DNA from: Psammoneis japonica
Taxonomy: Eukaryota
NCBI GenBank assembly: GCA_008632985.1
Contig: QPGO01000112.1
Location: 186,001 to 250,000 of the forward strand
DNA length: 64,000 nt
Direction: 5' to 3'
The position numbers and the translations under genes were made by a program. The notes beneath the pieces are model-generated. The model was not told the origin of the DNA, did no database searches, and saw only the letters and a list, made by a program, of their open reading frames with translations. Positions 52,301-64,000 of the stretch are shown here, in pieces (position 1 is the stretch's first letter; every line of letters begins with the position of its first letter).

Positions 52301-55300
52301 CTACCGTCACTGACGTCTGCAGCACCAAGACGGACAAAGAGTTTGTCAACACACTCAAGGATCAGATCCGTGAGCGTGGTGCCCCATCCAAACTCATTGG
52401 CGACCGTGCTCAAGCTGAGATCAGCAACAAAGTGCTCGGGATCCTACGAGCCCTCTTCATCTCCAGCTGGCAAAGTGAGCCTCACCAGCAACAACAAAAC
52501 TTTGCCGAGCGTCGACACCAGACCGTGAAGCGCATGGCGAACACTGTCATGGATCGTTTTGGTTCGCCCGCCCACACATGGCTGCTGGCACTCATGTGTG
52601 TGTGCTTCATGCTCAACCATGCAGCGTCCCCACGTCTCCACTGGTGCACGCCCCTCGAGACTCTCACTGGCTCCACCCCGGACATCAGCCCATTGCTTCG
52701 CTTTCACTGGTGGGAACCCGTGTGCTTCCACCTCGATGACTCCGATTGGCCGTCCGAATCCCGTGAGTTGCGTGGACGCTTCGTTGGCATTGCTGAGCAC
52801 GTCGGCCACCAGATGACCTTCAAGATTCTCTCTGACAAGACTCAGAAGATCCTCCACTGGTCCAACGTACACTCCGCTGCCACCGATCCTGCCGTTCGAA
52901 ACCTGCATCTTGATCCTCCTGATGGGGAGCCACCTGAACCCATCATCAAATCTCGCCATGACGACAACCCCGTCGATTCTCCTGATGGGGAGATCAGGAC
53001 ACCCAAGATGCCAGTTTTCGATCCGCAAGACATCATCGGACGCACCTTCCTCATGCAGCCACAAGAGGACGGACAACGCCACAGAGCTCGCATCGTCAAG
53101 GCCGTCGAAGACCATGAATGGAAAGTGAATGGCAATCCCAAGCTTGCTAAGTTCGTCTGCTCTGTCAACAACGACGAATGCGAGGAAGTCCTTGCCTGCA
53201 ACGACATCATGAATCACATTGAGCAAGAAGACGAAGACACTGCTGTTTGGAAATTCCGACGCATCGTGTCACACGAAGGACCTCTGAAGCCTCATGACCC
53301 AACCTGGAAAGGCTCAAGCTACAACATCATGCTTGAATGGGAAAGTGGGGAGATCACGTCCGAGCCTCTCGCCATCATCACCAAGGACGACCCCGTCACC
53401 TGCGCCATCCATGCACGAGAGAACGGACTTCTCGACACGGATGGCTGGAAGCGGTTCCGCACCATCGCGAGGCACCAAAAGAAGCCATTTTGCATGGCCA
53501 ACCAAGCCAAGCTTCGCTCCTTCCGCACTGCACCTCGCCACAAGTGCAGATGCGAAGTTCCCCGGAACTGCAAACACGCCATGTCACTAGACGAGCGCAA
53601 CGGCAACCGCAAATGGGGAGACGCAACTAATCTCGAGATGGGCCAACTCGGGGAATACGAAGTCTTCCATGACTGCGGGCCCTTCGAGTCTTCCACTCCT
53701 CCTGCGGGACACAAGAAGATCCGAGTGCACCTGGTGCACGACGTGAAACACGATGGTCGCCACAAGGCACGACTCGTAGCCGATGGGCACCTCACAGACG
53801 TACCTGTCGACAGTGTCCACTCCGGAGCAGTCTCCCTCCGTGGCCTTCGGTTGATGATTTTCCTGGCCGAACTCAACGAGTTGGAGACATGGGCCACCGA
53901 CATTGGCAATGCCTGTCTTGAAGCCACCACTGAGGAGAAGCTCTACATTGCAGCCGGACCCGAATTTGGCAAACTCGAAGGACACATCCTTGTCATCCAC
54001 AAGGCCCTGCATGGACTGCGCAGCTCCGGTCTTCGCTGGCACGAGCGCTTTGCCGACTGCCTGTGAGCTGAAGGCTTCTTCCCCTGCCGCGCCGAACCTG
54101 TCATTTGGATGCGCAGGAATGGCGACCACCATGAGCACATTGCCGTTTATGTGGATGACCTCGCCATTGCTGTGAAGGACCCTCAATCTTTCGTCGACAC
54201 TCTCACGGTAAAGTGCAAGTTCAAGCTCAAGGGTGCGGGACCCATTGAGTTCCATCTGGGTTGCGACTTTTCCCGGGATCCCGACGGCACCTTGAGCCTG
54301 TCTCCGCGCAAGTACATCAAGTGCATGGTCGACAGCTGCACCCGACTGTTTGGGGAGAAACCCACCACCAACGCCCTGTCACCTCTGGAGAAGGGTGACC
54401 ACCCCGAACTGGACACTTCCGAACTGCTGGAGCCCAATGGCATTCACAAGTTCCAGTCCCTTGTTGGCTCACTCCAATGGGCAGTGTCTCTTGGTCGAAT
54501 TGACATCACCACGGCCATCATGTCACTCTCCAGCTTCCGAGCTGCGCCCCCTCAAGGCCACTTGGATCGTGCCAAACGCGTCTGTGGGCACCTCTCCAAG
54601 ATGCGACACGGCGCTCTCCGCGTTCGCACGGAAGAGCCCGACTGTTCGGATCTCCCTGCTCCGGCCTGTGAATGGATGCATTCCGTGTACGGCGAAGCAG
54701 AAGAGATGATCCCGAAGGACGCTCCACCGCCCCTTGGCAAGTTCGTCACTGCCACCCACTGCGTCGATGCAAACTTGTGCCATTGCATGCTCACCGGACA
54801 CTCTGTCATGGGAATGCTCCACTTCCTCAACAAATTCCCGGCTGATTGGTTCTCTAAGAAGCAAGCCACTGTGGAGACTGCGACCTGCGGGTCTGAATTT
54901 GTTGCCGCAAGGACTTGTGTCAAGCAGATTGTCGACCTGCGCATCACCCTGCGCTGCCTCGGCGTCCCGACCCGTAATGTCAGTCACATGTTCGGTGACA
55001 ACAAGTCAGTTGTAGACAGTGCCACCATCCCGCACTCCAAGTCACACAAGCGACACACCGCACTGTCGTTCCACCGTGTGCGTGAGGCAATCACCTCTGG
55101 TTGCCTTGAGCTCCACTTCATCGAAGGCTCCTGCAACCCTGCTGACATTCTCAGCAAGCATTGGGGTTGCTCCCAAATCTGGGACCTTCTCCGCCCCCTC
55201 ATGTTCTGGAACTTCATTCCATCCAAAGTCGAATCTGTTTCTGTGACTCCTCAAGCAAACTGGGGAGTGACAGGATTTGAACAGGATTCAGGTGCGCGCG

Positions 55301-55543
55301 AAATGTCGCACGCTGTTTAGCCCACCGCGCACAGTTTTGTGTGCTTTGGTTCCGCGCGTTTGCGCGCGATGCAGTTTGCTTTCGAGCCACAAGGCTCACA
55401 AGAATGACAACAGCAGCCCAATTGCACCGACTTGCACGTCTTTTGGCTCCTGTGACGGTCTCTGAGCGGAGACTCATCTGCCATTTAGACAGCAGCAAGG
55501 AGTCATTGTTTGAATTCTTGCCATTTGCCTTCAATTTCTGTCA
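49348..55543 (+). mobile_element. Ty1/copia element A, copy 3. No nested insert; ~0.9-kb deletion of 5' LTR and leader at ~49430; 3' LTR 55268-55543
   Basis: Single-frame gag-pol from 49651 to 55320 broken only by two CGA->TGA stops (51694, 54064); TSD AATGG. Confidence 0.95.
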
Positions 55544-57255
55544 AATGGGGTCACTGCATTGCATCTCTTTCATCGCTGCGTGCTCACTGGCTCCCCTCGA
55601 CCCATGTTGGCATGACTGCGTTGCTGCACTGCTGCTCAGCCAAGCCACAGATTGGCTCATGTGCCTTGTTTTTGTGGATCTTGGGTGCCCTCCCGAGAAC
55701 AAGAGGTGCTTCCACTTTTCCCAAATGTGAGCAGCCACAGCTGCAATGTGCACTTTTCTTGCTGGGCACAAGAAGCGAAGAGGTCAGCTGGCCAGAAACA
55801 AAATTTTGCAGCTGCGCTCTCTATGCAGAAGCCACAACAATTTTTCAAAAACTGACCAAGGTGCCCATTGTGGCCACAACTCTGAACAACACTTGTCTTG
55901 ACATGCTGGCTCAGTTTCAGCCACATGTCTGGCATTGCCAAAGTTGTCGTTTTTTGTTTTGTGGCTCAGCAGCTTGTTCAGAGCAGGCTCATTTGTTTGG
56001 AAAAGCTTCAGCTCAACTGCCCATTTCACTGCATTTTGTTGTTTTTTCTGCTGCATTTGTCGGGGCCTCTTTGTGGCATTGGCACCCCACACGGTGCAGC
56101 TGCCAATCATCTGTCGTTTGCATGAGAACAATGGCGCACTTCCCTGTTACAATCCACTGTGTCCTCATCATCAACAACTTCCAAGGTTGTTGAAAAATGA
56201 CTGTTGACCTTGGCACGCAAAATTGAATTCACTGAATGTCACGTGCATGGCTGAAAAAATCAATGCATCTGTCTGATTGTCCATCCGTCCAAATTTTGAA
56301 TGCCACGTGCGCGTGAAGAACCACTCTGACCGGAGGACCAACACATTGTGGCTGCACTTTTCACAGAAAAGCCACAAGGTTTCAAAAACCAACCAAGGTG
56401 CCCAATGCAGCCAGGGGGCTCTGAACAACATTTTGTCTTGACACACTGGCTCACTTTCAGCCACAAATCTGGCATTGCCAAAGTTCCTTGTCATTTTTTG
56501 GTTGGCGGTTGTTGACACTTTTCAAATGGCCATGGATTTGCAATGTTTTGTTTTGTCCTCTGTGACATGTTTCTGCTCAACAAGAGTGCAACTTGTCAAT
56601 GACTGAAATTTTCACATGCACGCCAATTGCACCCACAGATTTTCAACACACGTGAACCCAGTTTCCGTTCAACAATGGATTCTGCATTTTGCTGAGAGTG
56701 AAAAGATGCCACTTGTTTCACATTCTTCCCTCCGCCACTCCTTTTGCCACACTCCATTTGCACTGCATCACCGTGCATTCACCGTGCATTCCGTGCTTCC
56801 ACAAAAGAGAAATGGGGTGTGATGGCCACCACACTCTGAGCTGAAGTTGGAGTGTGGCACGCCATCTGGCACATTGGAAGCTGACTGCATTACAGAACAA
56901 ATGAAAATCTGTGAAATGGGGTCACTGTGTTGCATCTCTTTCATTGCTGCATGCTCGCTGGCTCCCCCCTCAACCCATGTTGGCATGACTGCATGTCATT
57001 GCTGCACTGCTGCTCAGCCAAGCCACAGATTGGCCCCTGTGCCTTCTTTTTGTGGATCTTGGGTGCCCTCCAGAGAACAAGAGGCACTTCCACTTTTCGC
57101 AAATGTGAGCAGCCACATCTGCAACATGCACTCTTCTTGCTGGGCACAAGAAGCAAAGGTCAGCTGGCCAGAAACAAAATTTTGCAGCTGCGCACTCTCT
57201 GCAGAAGCCACAACAATTTTTCAAAAACTGACCAAGGTGCCCATTGTGGCCACAA
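55544..57255. repeat. Tandem units with a second empty target site (AATGG at 56915-56919)
   Basis: Same empty-site unit subtype as around 33034. Confidence 0.9.
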
Positions 57256-58170
57256 CTGTGCGGAAGTGACCGTGGCATTCCATCACATGCTCAAGTGGGA
57301 TCTTCGTGAGAGCTTCAAGTCCATCAATATTTTGTGTGTAGCTGCGCAACAATTTCTTTTGTTTTGCAAGCAAAGCAACAAAGACATGAGTGCAGGTCGG
57401 CGAATGACGCAATCCTGGCCAAATGCTCTATGCCAGAGAACAGAATGGCTCGGGATTCCTCTTGTAAAAACCAACATCAAAGATCGCTTCAGCGCAAGGC
57501 AAATCACACTTTTGCAGGTTGTCATGGAGGCCTGTCCCCGGTGTACGAAAGTCGGGAATTCCAGCGCTGCACGACACACCCGCACCACTCAATGCGACAA
57601 TTCTTTTTGAGTTGCGGATCCAATCGGCCACCAATCGAAAGTCTTTAGAGAACTTTGGAGTTGAGATGTTCAACTTCTCGATCTCCTGCGTTATTTTGTT
57701 GAGTGGCTCGTCCGTGTTAGACCTAGATTTATCAGAATCATTCGAAGCCTTTGCCTCTTCGTTGTCGGAAGCAGTCATAATGCGGAAGAAATTCTTCTGA
57801 TTGCAGGCGAACGCTGGGTGACAACTGAACCTGCCGGCAGCGAAAACAGGCACGTTTGAGAGTCTCCAAATCAGGGGCGTAATTTTCTTGGTGGGTCACA
57901 TACAACGGATGTCTGAGCAGCAGGTTCTGTTCACAAAACAAAGACTGTCAATGCCAGCAACGTTTCCCGCTCGAGTGGCCTCAAGAAGCTGTCGTCGAGT
58001 CAACAGGCAGCTGTTACAAGTTGCAGAGCACAACAACAGCAACACTTTTTCAGAGCAAACAATCATCGACGGAAAAGCGCGGAATGCGTCCGCGCGACTC
58101 CGTTGAATGGAAAAAGAAGCCGGGGGGCGGTGTGCGGCGGGAAATGAAAAAATGAGCTTCACATTCCCAG
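57256..58170 (-). pseudogene. Duplicated 5' half and upstream region of the sirtuin gene; hypermutated, with a nonsense mutation
   Basis: Colinear with 16913-17827 (offset 40,343). Tyr->Cys/His changes (GLYDNLQKYNLPY -> GLHDNLQKCDLPC) and a CAG->TAG stop at 57428-57430. Confidence 0.95.
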
Positions 58171-58445
58171 TGAACCCAATTTCCGTTCAACAACGGATTC
58201 TGCATTTTACTGAGAGTGAAAAGAGGCCACTCATTTCACATTCTTCCCCTCCGCCACTCCTTTTGCCACACTCCATTTGCACTGCATCACCGTGCACTCA
58301 CCGTGCATTCCGTGCTTCCACAAAAGAGAAGTGGGGTGTGATGGCCGCCACAGGTGCCACTCTGTGCTGAAGTTGGAGTGTGGCATGCCATCTGGCACAC
58401 TGGAAGCTGATTGCATTGCAAAACAAATGAAAATCTGTGAAATGG

Positions 58446-58721
58446 TGACAGGATTTGAACAGGATTTAGATGCTCGCGAAATGTCGCGCGCTGTTTAGTT
58501 TGCCGTGCACAGTTTTGTGTGCTTCAGTTCCGCGCATTCGCGCGCGATGCAGTTTGCTTTTGAGCCACAAGGCTCACAAGAATGACAACAGCAGCCTGAT
58601 TGCACCGACTTGCATGTCTTTCGGCTCCTGCAACGGTCTCTGAGCGGAGACTCATCTGCCATTTAGACAGCAGCAAGGAGTCATTGTTTGAATTCTTGCC
58701 ATTTGCCTTCAATTTCTGTCA
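58446..58721 (+). mobile_element. Solo LTR of element A
   Basis: 276-bp TGACAG...CTGTCA flanked on both sides by AATGG. Confidence 0.95.
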
Positions 58722-59825
58722 AATGGGGTCACTGTGTTGCATCTCTTTCATCGCTGCGTGCTCACTGGCTCCCCTCGACCCATGTTGGCATGACTGCATT
58801 GCTGCACTGCTGCTCAGCCAAGCCACAGATTGGCTCGTGTGCCTTCTTTTTGTGGATCTTGGGTGCCCTCCAGAGAACAAGAGGTGCTTCTACTTTTCCC
58901 AAATGTGAGCAGCCACAGCTGCAATGTGCACTTTTCTTGCTGGGCACAAGAAGCGAAGAGGTCAGCTGGCCAGAAACAAAATTTTGCAGCTGCGCTCTCT
59001 TTGCAGAAGCCACAACAATTTTTCAAAAACTGACCAAGGTGCCCATTGTGGCCACAACTCTGAACAACACTTGTTGTGACATGCTGGCTCAGTTTCAGCG
59101 ACATGTCTGGCATTGCCAAAGTTGTCGTTTTTTGTTTTGTGGCTCAGCAGCTTGTTCAGAGCAGGCTCATTTGTTTGGAAAAGCTTCAGCTCAACTGCCC
59201 ATTTCATTGCATTTTGTTGTTTTTTCTGCTGCATTTGTCTGGGCCTCTTTGTGGCATTGGTGCCCCACACAATGCAGCTGCCAATCATCTGTCATTTGCA
59301 TGAGAACAATGGCGCACTTCCCTGTTGCAATCCACTGTGTCCTCATCATCAACAACTTCCAAGGTTGTTGAAAAATGACTGTTGACCTTGGCACGCAAAA
59401 TTGAATTCACTGAATGTCACGTGCATGGCTGAAAAAATCAATGCATCCATCTGATTGTCCATCCGTCCAAATTTCGAATGCCACACACGCGTGAAGAACC
59501 ACTCTGACCAGAGGACCAACAAATTGTGGCTGCACTCTTCACGGAAGCCACAATTTTTCAAAACTGACCAAGGTGCCCAATGCAGCCGGGGCTCTTAACA
59601 ACATTTTGTCTTGACACACTGGCTCACTTTCAGCCACAAATCTGGCATTGCCAAAGTTCCTTGTCATTTTTTGGTTGGCGGTTGTTGACACTTTTCAAAT
59701 GGCCATGGATTTGCAATGTTTTGTTTTGTCCTCTGTGACATGTTTCTGCTCAACAAGAGTGCAACTTGTCAATGACTGAAATTTTCACATGCGTGCCAAT
59801 TGCATTCACAGATTTTCAACACACA
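58722..59825. repeat. Last, partial tandem unit
   Basis: Matches 47966-49068, then similarity ends. Confidence 0.85.
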
Positions 59826-62800
59826 CAGTTGTCAACTTTGTTTCTTGGCAGTCATTGAGTCACAAACAATTGAATCTTTTTGCTTGTTTTAAGCCACCTG
59901 TGTGGCTCATTCTGTTCACATTTCAAACACTTGTCAAGAACTTTCATTTGTTTTTCCCTCCATTTGTCAGGTCTCTGCCTTTGTTTGAGTCACCTGTGTG
60001 GCTCACACAAGTGTTTTCTCTGTGCACTGCAGTTTGCTGGTTTGATCTGTCATGGTGAAGGGAAGTGAGCTTGGTGATGTGTTTCTGAAAGGCACTCAAG
60101 CAAGCTTTGCACAAGATGTGTTGGTTGACAAGACTCTTGAGACACAGCATTTTTGCTTTGGCAGTTGTGTGAGAGAGCTTTGCAGGCAGAGTCACTGCAA
60201 AACAATCAGTCAGGAGATCACGGTTGAAGTGCTGACATGTCCTGTCCTCTTTTCCAGGTCTGCCAGGAGAGCTGCAGTGATGGTGATGTGTGAAACAACC
60301 AAGGCAAGTGTGAAAAGGTTGCTCGTCATTGTGGAATTTTTCACAATGCAGTGCATGCTCACAGGCATTGCTTTTGTTTCATTTGGCAGCACAGGCATGG
60401 CATCATTTTGGCTTGGCAGAAGGATTGGTCACTTTCTTGCACTTTTGAGCATGAGATCCTTGCTTGCAAGCTTGCAAGAATTTCTTGGATGCAAGCCAAT
60501 GTGAACTCTTTTGGGTGGCTTGCTCATTTCACATGTGACGTGGACGATTGTCACAGGCCTTGGCAGTGCAGTCAAAATTGAGGCCGCCATTTCAATGCCA
60601 GAAGACTGGTCTCCAGACACTGGATTTTATGGGGAGCAGCAGTCAAGGTAAATGTTGGTGAGAAGGGATGCAATGCAGGTCAGTTTGTTCATGCTCATTG
60701 GCTTCTTTGACTTCTCTGCCATGCAGATGATGCTCACAGTGCTTGGACCTTCAATGCACACACTTTTTAGAGACTGCTGCAGCAGAAGGGGGTCCAAAGA
60801 CTGCGCTGCAGATTCTCTTGTTGGGCAGGTTGGTCACAGCAGACAAGAATTTACAAGATGGGAGACAACTCCCAGTTGCAGCTGGCCATTGAAAGCACCA
60901 GTCCATGCCACTTTGTGATGTTGCTCTTTGACAAAGCCATTCTCATCATTGCAGCAATGATTTCTGGTGCTTGGAGCCCGGCAGAGAGAGCTGCCTGCAC
61001 ACTCACAACTCACCAAGTCCTGGATCAAACCCACCTTTTATGGTTAAATGGCGCCAATTGTGCTTGTTGATTCTTGCTGTTGCTCACATTCAATGTCCTT
61101 CTGTGCAGCAGATGCTTCCTGGACTGTTGCACAGTGTGCAGTCTGCATCATTGACAAACCGCGCATCATTCTGTGCATGCAAAATGATGAAAATGTGTGT
61201 CCAACAGAAGGGCTCCGGCCAGCTGTTGTCATTCAATTGCCCCTGGTGGCATTTTCTGCAGTTTGGCCCCAATCTTAGAAGCATTGGCCACTCAAAAATG
61301 CCTCTTTGCAGACAATGTGAACAACTCAAGCTGCGCTCTGAATCAACTTGATTGGAGCTGGCATGCTCACAGAGTCCGATGTCCAACTGCTTGCGGCTCC
61401 CAAGGAACACACAAAATTTTGACACCTGGTGACTTCCCAGGAGGACAGTCTCCTTGGGTCACAGAGGGTGGCATTTGAGCCATTGATTGAAACTTTTGGA
61501 TGGATCAAAGCAGACATTGTTTCATCTTTCATCAGCCACACATCCTCCATTTCGAGAAGGAGTTCATTCTGGTGTTGAGTTTGACGACATGTCTTGGTGT
61601 CTCCAGTTGGAGCAACAAGCTTGCCATGTGGATGGTGCTTGATGCACAGGCCAGCGCCACTTGAGAAACTGAAATGGAGCATGTGGTGGTGTCCCCATGT
61701 CCCAGCAAACATTTGCCAAATGCCAAGCCAGATCATCATCATTGCCACAAATGCACATTGGTTTGAGTTGCTGCCTGCATGACATGCACCCCAAATGCAC
61801 TCAGTTGCATTTGTTGAGCAGGTTGGCCCAATTGTTGTGTCTTTGCATTCTTGATTTGGGAAGCTGCAAGCCTTGTTTTTGGGCAGCAGCAGACCCTTGC
61901 ATGATTCCTCCACAAACAAAAAGATGCCCAGCTGCACAACAAGGTGTGGAAGCATCAGGCCCACAGATGTGGCAAAGGAGGTGTGCAGTTGTCTTTGGAT
62001 GGCATTGGAGGACTCCAGCGGGTTGCCAGGGACATGCCAACAACCATGGTTGGGGAGCATGTCAATGCAGCACCTTGTCTCTCTGACATTGCTGGCTTTG
62101 GCCCAGCCAGCCGCAACCTGCAGCCAGAGACAAGGGAAACATCTGTGAAACAGTGCATGTGCTCTGTCATCTCTGGATGGCCTTGGATGACTCCATCAAG
62201 ATCCAGAGGATGCAATGACAACAATGACTGGGAATCAAAGGCCTCATCTCATGTCAACACAGCACCCTGTCTCTCTGACATGGCTGGGTTCTTTGGCCCA
62301 GCTGCCCCACCCACAGAGACAAGAAAACCATCTGTGCAACAGTGCAAGTGCCGAGTCATCTTGGGATGGCTTTTGGTGACTCCATTGGATCCCAGGAGAG
62401 CCAACAACAACAATGGCTGGGAAGCAAAGGCCTTGTCTTGTGTCAATGCAGCACCTTGTCTCTCTGACATCATGGCTGGTGGGTTTGGCCCAGGCAGCCC
62501 CCCCACCTGCAGAGACAAGAAAACCATCTGTGCAACAGTGCAAGTGCTCAGTCATCTTGGGATGGCTGTTGGTGACTCCACTGGGTCCTTGAGGACACAA
62601 CAGCAACAATGGTTGGGAAGCAAAGGCCTTGTCTTGTGTCAACACAGCACCTTTTCTCTCTCACACAACTGGGTTTTGCGCTGCCACCAAGAACCCAAAT
62701 TTGCAAGGAACACAAGAGAACCATCTGTGTGACAGTGCAAGCACTCAATTGTCGTGGGTTTGGCACAAGAGACTCCACTGGGTCCCTGAGGAGGCAAGAA

Positions 62801-64000
62801 CCACAATGGCTGGGAAAGAAAAGCCTTGTCTTGGGCCAATGCAGCCCCTTTTGTTTCTGATGTGATTGTGGCTTGCTTTGGCCCAGCCACCCCACCTGCA
62901 GAGACAAGGGAGCTTTCTGGCTTTTTGACAGTGCAAGTGCTCAGTTGTCTTTGGATGGCCTTGGGTGCTTCCATTGCATCCCAGGGGAGCCAACAACAAC
63001 CAGGGCAGGGAGTCAGTGAATGGAAATTGACGGTGTTCCCTGTCTCTTGTTTGGACGGAAAACCAAGAGAGAACAGAAGAGAACAACCCACCTTTGAGTT
63101 GCCCACTTTCTTTGCAAGGTTGGTCTCCAAAGTTGTCATTTCACTGGCACAAAGGGTCTGTTTTTGAGCTTTCTGGAGAGAGTCAATTGTCTTGTTGGCA
63201 GTGGCAATTTTTGCACCGCGGGCTTTGCACTTTTGCTGCAGCTGCCAGCACATCTTTTCGTTTTGGTTTTTGCAAAGGGTGCGCATCTGCCAGCAAAACA
63301 ACAGCCACATTCTGCACTCATCACCAAACATTTTTTTGGATTGATGCATCAGGTGGCGTGGTGCTTGGAGGCTCCAAACAGCAAGGGAGCATTGTGGGAA
63401 GGGACTTTGTTGTGCTCCTTGAGAAAGTTGAGATCTTCTTGTCAAACTGCAGGGGAACAGATGTCAGACACATTGCCAAAGGTGTTGGCTTCTTCATTGA
63501 TGGAGGCAGCAGCAGCAGCAGCAGATCCTGGGTTGCTGGCTGGCAGAGCATGCATGGCTCCAGACAAAGAGCCTTGATGTTGCCCCAAAGGCTTGTCCTG
63601 GAGCCTCACCTGGGCTGCCTGGGAGGACCTTGCTTGACCTTGCGCTTGAGCACCACGAGCACCACCTCCACCATGGTCGCCAGTGGCGCCGGTGTGACTG
63701 GCGCTGTTGTGGCCAGCACCTTGTGGGTTCTGCTTCTTTCTTCTTTTTCTTGGTGGCGAGACAAGGTGACATGGGGCCACAGCACCACAAGATCCTCCTT
63801 CTTGTGTGGTGCTCAACCCCACAGCTCTTAAAGTCACACCTGGAGCTCACCAGACACCACCAGCATCCTCAGCTTGTGACTGTTTGGCTGGTTTTTGCAG
63901 CCATGGGCCTCTTCTTTGCTCTGGAGTTCCTTTGGAAGCTCAAGTCTGCTGCCATTTGGGGCAAGGTGACATGGGGCCACAACCACACAAGACAGGCCTT
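59826..64000. repeat. Degenerate TpA- and CpG-depleted repeat-like DNA
   Basis: About 9 TA seen by eye in 4.2 kb, nearly all preceded by T; CpG rare; no credible protein. Confidence 0.6.
62040..63000. repeat. Diverged tandem repeat, ~192-bp period, about 5 units
   Basis: A gcacc-tgtctctctgaca-like anchor recurs at ~62070, 62262, 62451, 62647 and 62841. Confidence 0.8.

Noticed and set aside
19482..55543. Classical RIP or CpG decay as the cause of the composition bias
   Set aside because: RIP creates TpA and stop codons. Here TpA is lost, and CpG remains abundant in the copia copies.
19482..55543. Alternative genetic code or native codon bias explaining Tyr->Cys/His
   Set aside because: Host genes use Tyr normally, non-coding DNA is equally affected, and sibling copies differ at the same sites.

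Overview
Eukaryotic DNA, most likely from a diatom (short GT-AG introns, an ASAFAP-like plastid-targeting motif, an HSF gene, diatom-type Ty1/copia elements). A gene island (~3.5-17.7 kb) holds a spliced small membrane-protein gene in frame with a hypothetical ORF, Utp22/NOL6, an HSF, a small plastid-targeted protein and a class I sirtuin. It is flanked by repeats. From ~17.8 to 59.8 kb a ~1.38-kb tandem unit carries one copia insertion site (TSD AATGG) in four states: empty, uninterrupted, nested, solo LTR. A second copia and a ~560-bp TRIM-like element are nested in two copies, and the array has captured the 5' half of the sirtuin gene. The main signal is that every repeat has lost most of its TpA dinucleotides through TA->TG/CA transitions (A->G on either strand, preferring TAY), while the gene island has not. 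In the captured sirtuin copy, 22 of 31 hand-counted differences from the native gene destroy a TA. Sibling copia copies show TAC, TGC and CAC at the same codon. This points to a DNA-level, repeat-restricted A:T->G:C hypermutation process, opposite in direction to fungal RIP. The mechanism is not visible here. All counts are by hand.
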